From IMG/VR virus record IMGVR_UViG_3300028553_000021: DNA of 20,000 nt; one strand, 5' to 3'. Positions 17,738 through 20,000 of this stretch are shown one piece after another. Each line of letters opens with the position of its first letter. Within the stretch, counting starts at the first letter, position 1. Made by a program: the position numbers and the translations under genes. Under the pieces are notes generated by a model. It had not been told where the DNA came from, searched no databases, and saw only the letters and a program-made list of their open reading frames with translations. The DNA comes from an uncultured virus (IMG/VR IMGVR_UViG_3300028553_000021). Taxonomy: Duplodnaviria; Heunggongvirae; Uroviricota; Caudoviricetes.

Positions 17738-17779
17738 GAAGGGGGGCGTAGGTCACATCCCTGCGCCTCCCTTCTTTTT
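17738..17779 (+). terminator. Rho-independent terminator after the capsid gene
   Basis: GAAGGGGGGCGUAGG-UCACAUC-CCUGCGCCUCCCUUC (15 bp with two G-U pairs) followed by UUUUU. Confidence 0.88.
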
Positions 17780-17785
17780 ATAAAC

Positions 17786-18124
17786 ATGAATTGCGGATGT
17801 CCCGAGTGTGCAGCGAAAAAAGGTCGTGGCCCCGCCGTGATCGTTATTGCTGTCACTCCTAAAAGAGGAGATAAAAATATGAAGATTGCTACGTTTGCAG
17901 TCCCGAAGGGTTTCACTCCGCCCGAAGGCGTCGTCGAGGGAGACACGTTCGAAGCTATGGCCACGTTTAAACACGGTGGCAAGTCTTTGGACTTGGTTTC
18001 TATCGAAGGAGCCGAAGCGGAAATGCCTGAGATGGAAATGGAAGAAACCAGCAAAGCTCCCGCTGAAGCTGGATTTGCCGAAGCCATCGAGATGGCCGCA
18101 GCCCCAGAAGGAAAGATGGCGTAA
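17786..18124 (+). CDS. Hypothetical acidic protein; start at 17786 or 17879
   Basis: In-frame ATG at 17879 is preceded by AGAGGAG; Glu/Met-rich C-terminus. Confidence 0.7.
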   Translation: MNCGCPECAAKKGRGPAVIVIAVTPKRGDKNMKIATFAVPKGFTPPEGVVEGDTFEAMATFKHGGKSLDLVSIEGAEAEMPEMEMEETSKAPAEAGFAEAIEMAAAPEGKMA

Positions 18125-18439
18125 GTGAAGCGTGAGGTTAAGGGCGAAGGCTGGAAAGAATTTGTCTGCGCGATTGTTGAGCAGGGGATTCACGATCTAG
18201 ACTTCGCCCTTACCGCACCCATTGGTCGCAAGCTGGACCCGAAGAATTATTTTACCCCCTTACATTTTGAATTGTTTTTTGATCAAGTCCCAAATCTTTG
18301 CGAGGCTGCTGGTATAAGAATATCTGCCCAAGCAATCGAGAAAAAAGTAAGGGAAAAGATTGACAAGCTAAGGATTATCAGGAATAGAAGGAGGGAGAAA
18401 CTATGTCAGAACCAACCCAAGCAAATATTGAATTCGTAA
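18125..18439 (+). CDS. Hypothetical phage protein (104 aa)
   Basis: GTG start abutting the previous stop; AIVEQ...D...FF...LCE..GI pattern seen in phage hypotheticals. Confidence 0.65.
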   Translation: MKREVKGEGWKEFVCAIVEQGIHDLDFALTAPIGRKLDPKNYFTPLHFELFFDQVPNLCEAAGIRISAQAIEKKVREKIDKLRIIRNRRREKLCQNQPKQILNS

Positions 18440-18717
18440 GCCAACTCCGAAGGGCTTTACTGTTCGGTCAGATTACCCGCGCTCAATTGCGTGGTACTTC
18501 CGGAGAAAATCTCCAAGGCAGTAGCGCCTACCCAGCTTCCGATGAATTTATCCGTAACTTCCAACGGGCAGTTGGTTCCGGCCAAGTTACCAATGCTCAA
18601 ATCTTGAACCCGAGTTTGATCGGGAACACAGATACTTACGCTCGTGCTAGCAATGCTTTTGTTTTGGAGTGTAATAGGGCAGGTGCTTTCGGCCAGCTCG
18701 TAACGACCGTAACCTAA
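18403..18717 (+). CDS. Hypothetical protein with three internal ~38-aa repeats
   Basis: GGAG RBS; motif A...F.....RA...GQ occurs three times. Confidence 0.75.
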   Translation: MSEPTQANIEFVSQLRRALLFGQITRAQLRGTSGENLQGSSAYPASDEFIRNFQRAVGSGQVTNAQILNPSLIGNTDTYARASNAFVLECNRAGAFGQLVTTVT

Positions 18718-18727
18718 GGAATAAATT

Positions 18728-19045
18728 ATGGCCCTATATCCCGAAGGCACAGCACCGCTACCCTTGGACGACGTCCAGAGGGCAGCAAACAAAGCGAATG
18801 AACTCAGCCGTCAGACCCTTGGTCTTAACGGTTCTACCGTTCTCTCCGCAACTGGAACTGCTTCTGATGGTCCTTTCGTTGCTATCCAAATTTTGAAAGA
18901 TACCGCTATCAGCGCTATTACAGCTCCCGGTGTTACTGGAGCAGCCTCTTTAGTTACGACCTTGACCGCCGGTACTATTGTCTACGGTGATATTCGTTCG
19001 GTAACGATCACCAGCGGTCTTCTTATCGCCTACAAGGCAGGATAA
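18728..19045 (+). CDS. Small beta-rich virion protein, putative head-spike base / decoration protein
   Basis: AAGGA RBS; F.AIQ.L.D...AG.IVYG.I..V...SG...AY pattern; precedes the LGLGLSL fibre gene. Confidence 0.6.
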   Translation: MALYPEGTAPLPLDDVQRAANKANELSRQTLGLNGSTVLSATGTASDGPFVAIQILKDTAISAITAPGVTGAASLVTTLTAGTIVYGDIRSVTITSGLLIAYKAG

Positions 19046-19051
19046 ATCGCC

Positions 19052-20000
19052 ATGCCGAAACTCGGCTTAGGCTTATCGTTACCGCAGACTAGAGTTGCAT
19101 CTGGTCCACCTCCGCTCATCATTACCTCCAAAGCCTTTAACTCTTCTGGTGTCCAAGTAGGCTCAACAAATACTGGGGACATCCCCAATGATTGGGTTGC
19201 GAACGAAGCTACTGTCGCCTCTGTTATTTTTGCAAACAACAACAGCGTAACAAATATCGGTGGTAGTGCATTCCAAGGCAATCAACTCACATCTGTGACC
19301 ATACCCAATTCTGTGACCAGCATTGGAAATGGTGCATTCTATAATAACCAACTCACATCTGTGACCATACCCAATTCTGTGACCAGCATTGGTGATTTTG
19401 CATTTTATGGCAACCAGCTTGCTGCATTGACCATACCTAGCAGTGTGACCAGCATTGGTGCATATGCATTTGCTAGCAACGCACTTACCACAGTGACCAT
19501 ACCTGATAGTGTGACCAGCATTGGTGATTATACATTTGCTGGCAACGCACTTACCACAGTGACCATACCTGATAGTGTTACCGGCATTGGTACTAGTGCA
19601 TTTGCTAGCAACGCACTTACCACAGTGACCATACCCAACAGTGTCACAACCATTGGTAACTATGCATTTGCTAGTAACCAGCTTGCTGCATTGACCATAC
19701 CCAATTCTGTGACCAGCATTGGAGATGGTGCATTTGCTAGCAACGCACTTACCACAGTGACCATACCCAATTCTGTGACCAGCATTGGTAACTATGCATT
19801 TCAAAGCAATGCACTTACCACAGTGACCATACCCAACAGTGTGACCAGCATTGGTTATTATGCATTTTCTAACAATACTTCTCTTGCTTCAGTTAGTTGT
19901 TTTGCTCCTGCAACAGCTTTTGTTGGATCACAGGCATTTTATTACACCGCTTCTCCATTAACTATCCGAGCCAGAAGCTCCGATGCTTCTTGGACGGCTG
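19052..20000 (+). CDS. BspA-type (LRR_5) leucine-rich-repeat protein, putative head/tail fibre adhesin (3' truncated)
   Basis: Manual translation [14 protein letters not shown]... then repeats [16 protein letters not shown]..; frame open to the window end. Confidence 0.9.
   Translation, partial: MPKLGLGLSLPQTRVASGPPPLIITSKAFNSSGVQVGSTNTGDIPNDWVANEATVASVIFANNNSVTNIGGSAFQGNQLTSVTIPNSVTSIGNGAFYNNQLTSVTIPNSVTSIGDFAFYGNQLAALTIPSSVTSIGAYAFASNALTTVTIPDSVTSIGDYTFAGNALTTVTIPDSVTGIGTSAFASNALTTVTIPNSVTTIGNYAFASNQLAALTIPNSVTSIGDGAFASNALTTVTIPNSVTSIGNYAFQSNALTTVTIPNSVTSIGYYAFSNNTSLASVSCFAPATAFVGSQAFYYTASPLTIRARSSDASWTA
19244..19873 (+). repeat. Tandem 66-nt coding repeat, 9 full units (19280-19873) plus a leading half unit
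   Basis: Recurring GTGACCATACC....GTGACCAGCATTGG......GCATT at exact 66-nt periodicity. Confidence 0.95.

Noticed and set aside
19163..19804. 213-aa Cys/His-rich repeat ORF on the minus strand
   Set aside because: Antisense shadow of the BspA repeat gene.
19244..19873. CRISPR-like periodic array
   Set aside because: The 66-nt period is an in-frame LRR coding repeat with only ~6-nt variable patches, not unique spacers.

Overview
The whole window is a segment of a tailed dsDNA phage genome, probably podovirus-like, with two divergent arms that meet at a 46-nt junction (8492-8537). The left arm (minus strand) carries replication and recombination genes: RuvC-like resolvase, SF2 helicase, DUF2800-type PD-(D/E)XK nuclease, a putative SSB, a DUF4406 nucleoside-deoxyribosyltransferase-like protein, about ten small ORFs, and a family A DNA polymerase that runs off the window start and is missing from the ORF track. 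The right arm (plus strand) carries head morphogenesis genes: large terminase, portal, scaffold and major capsid, then small head-associated genes and a BspA-type leucine-rich-repeat protein that runs off the window end (also missing from the track). Most notable: (1) a translationally coupled glycosyltransferase / FkbM methyltransferase / glycosyltransferase cassette between the scaffold and capsid genes, suggesting virion glycosylation; (2) a putative head-spike base plus 'LGLGLSL' fibre whose LRR array has near-identical 66-nt units with a hypervariable di-residue; (3) a densely base-paired ~250-nt non-coding leader before the capsid gene; (4) a polymerase with an Arg-to-Tyr change in motif B. 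All family assignments come from motif recognition by eye; no database searches were run.
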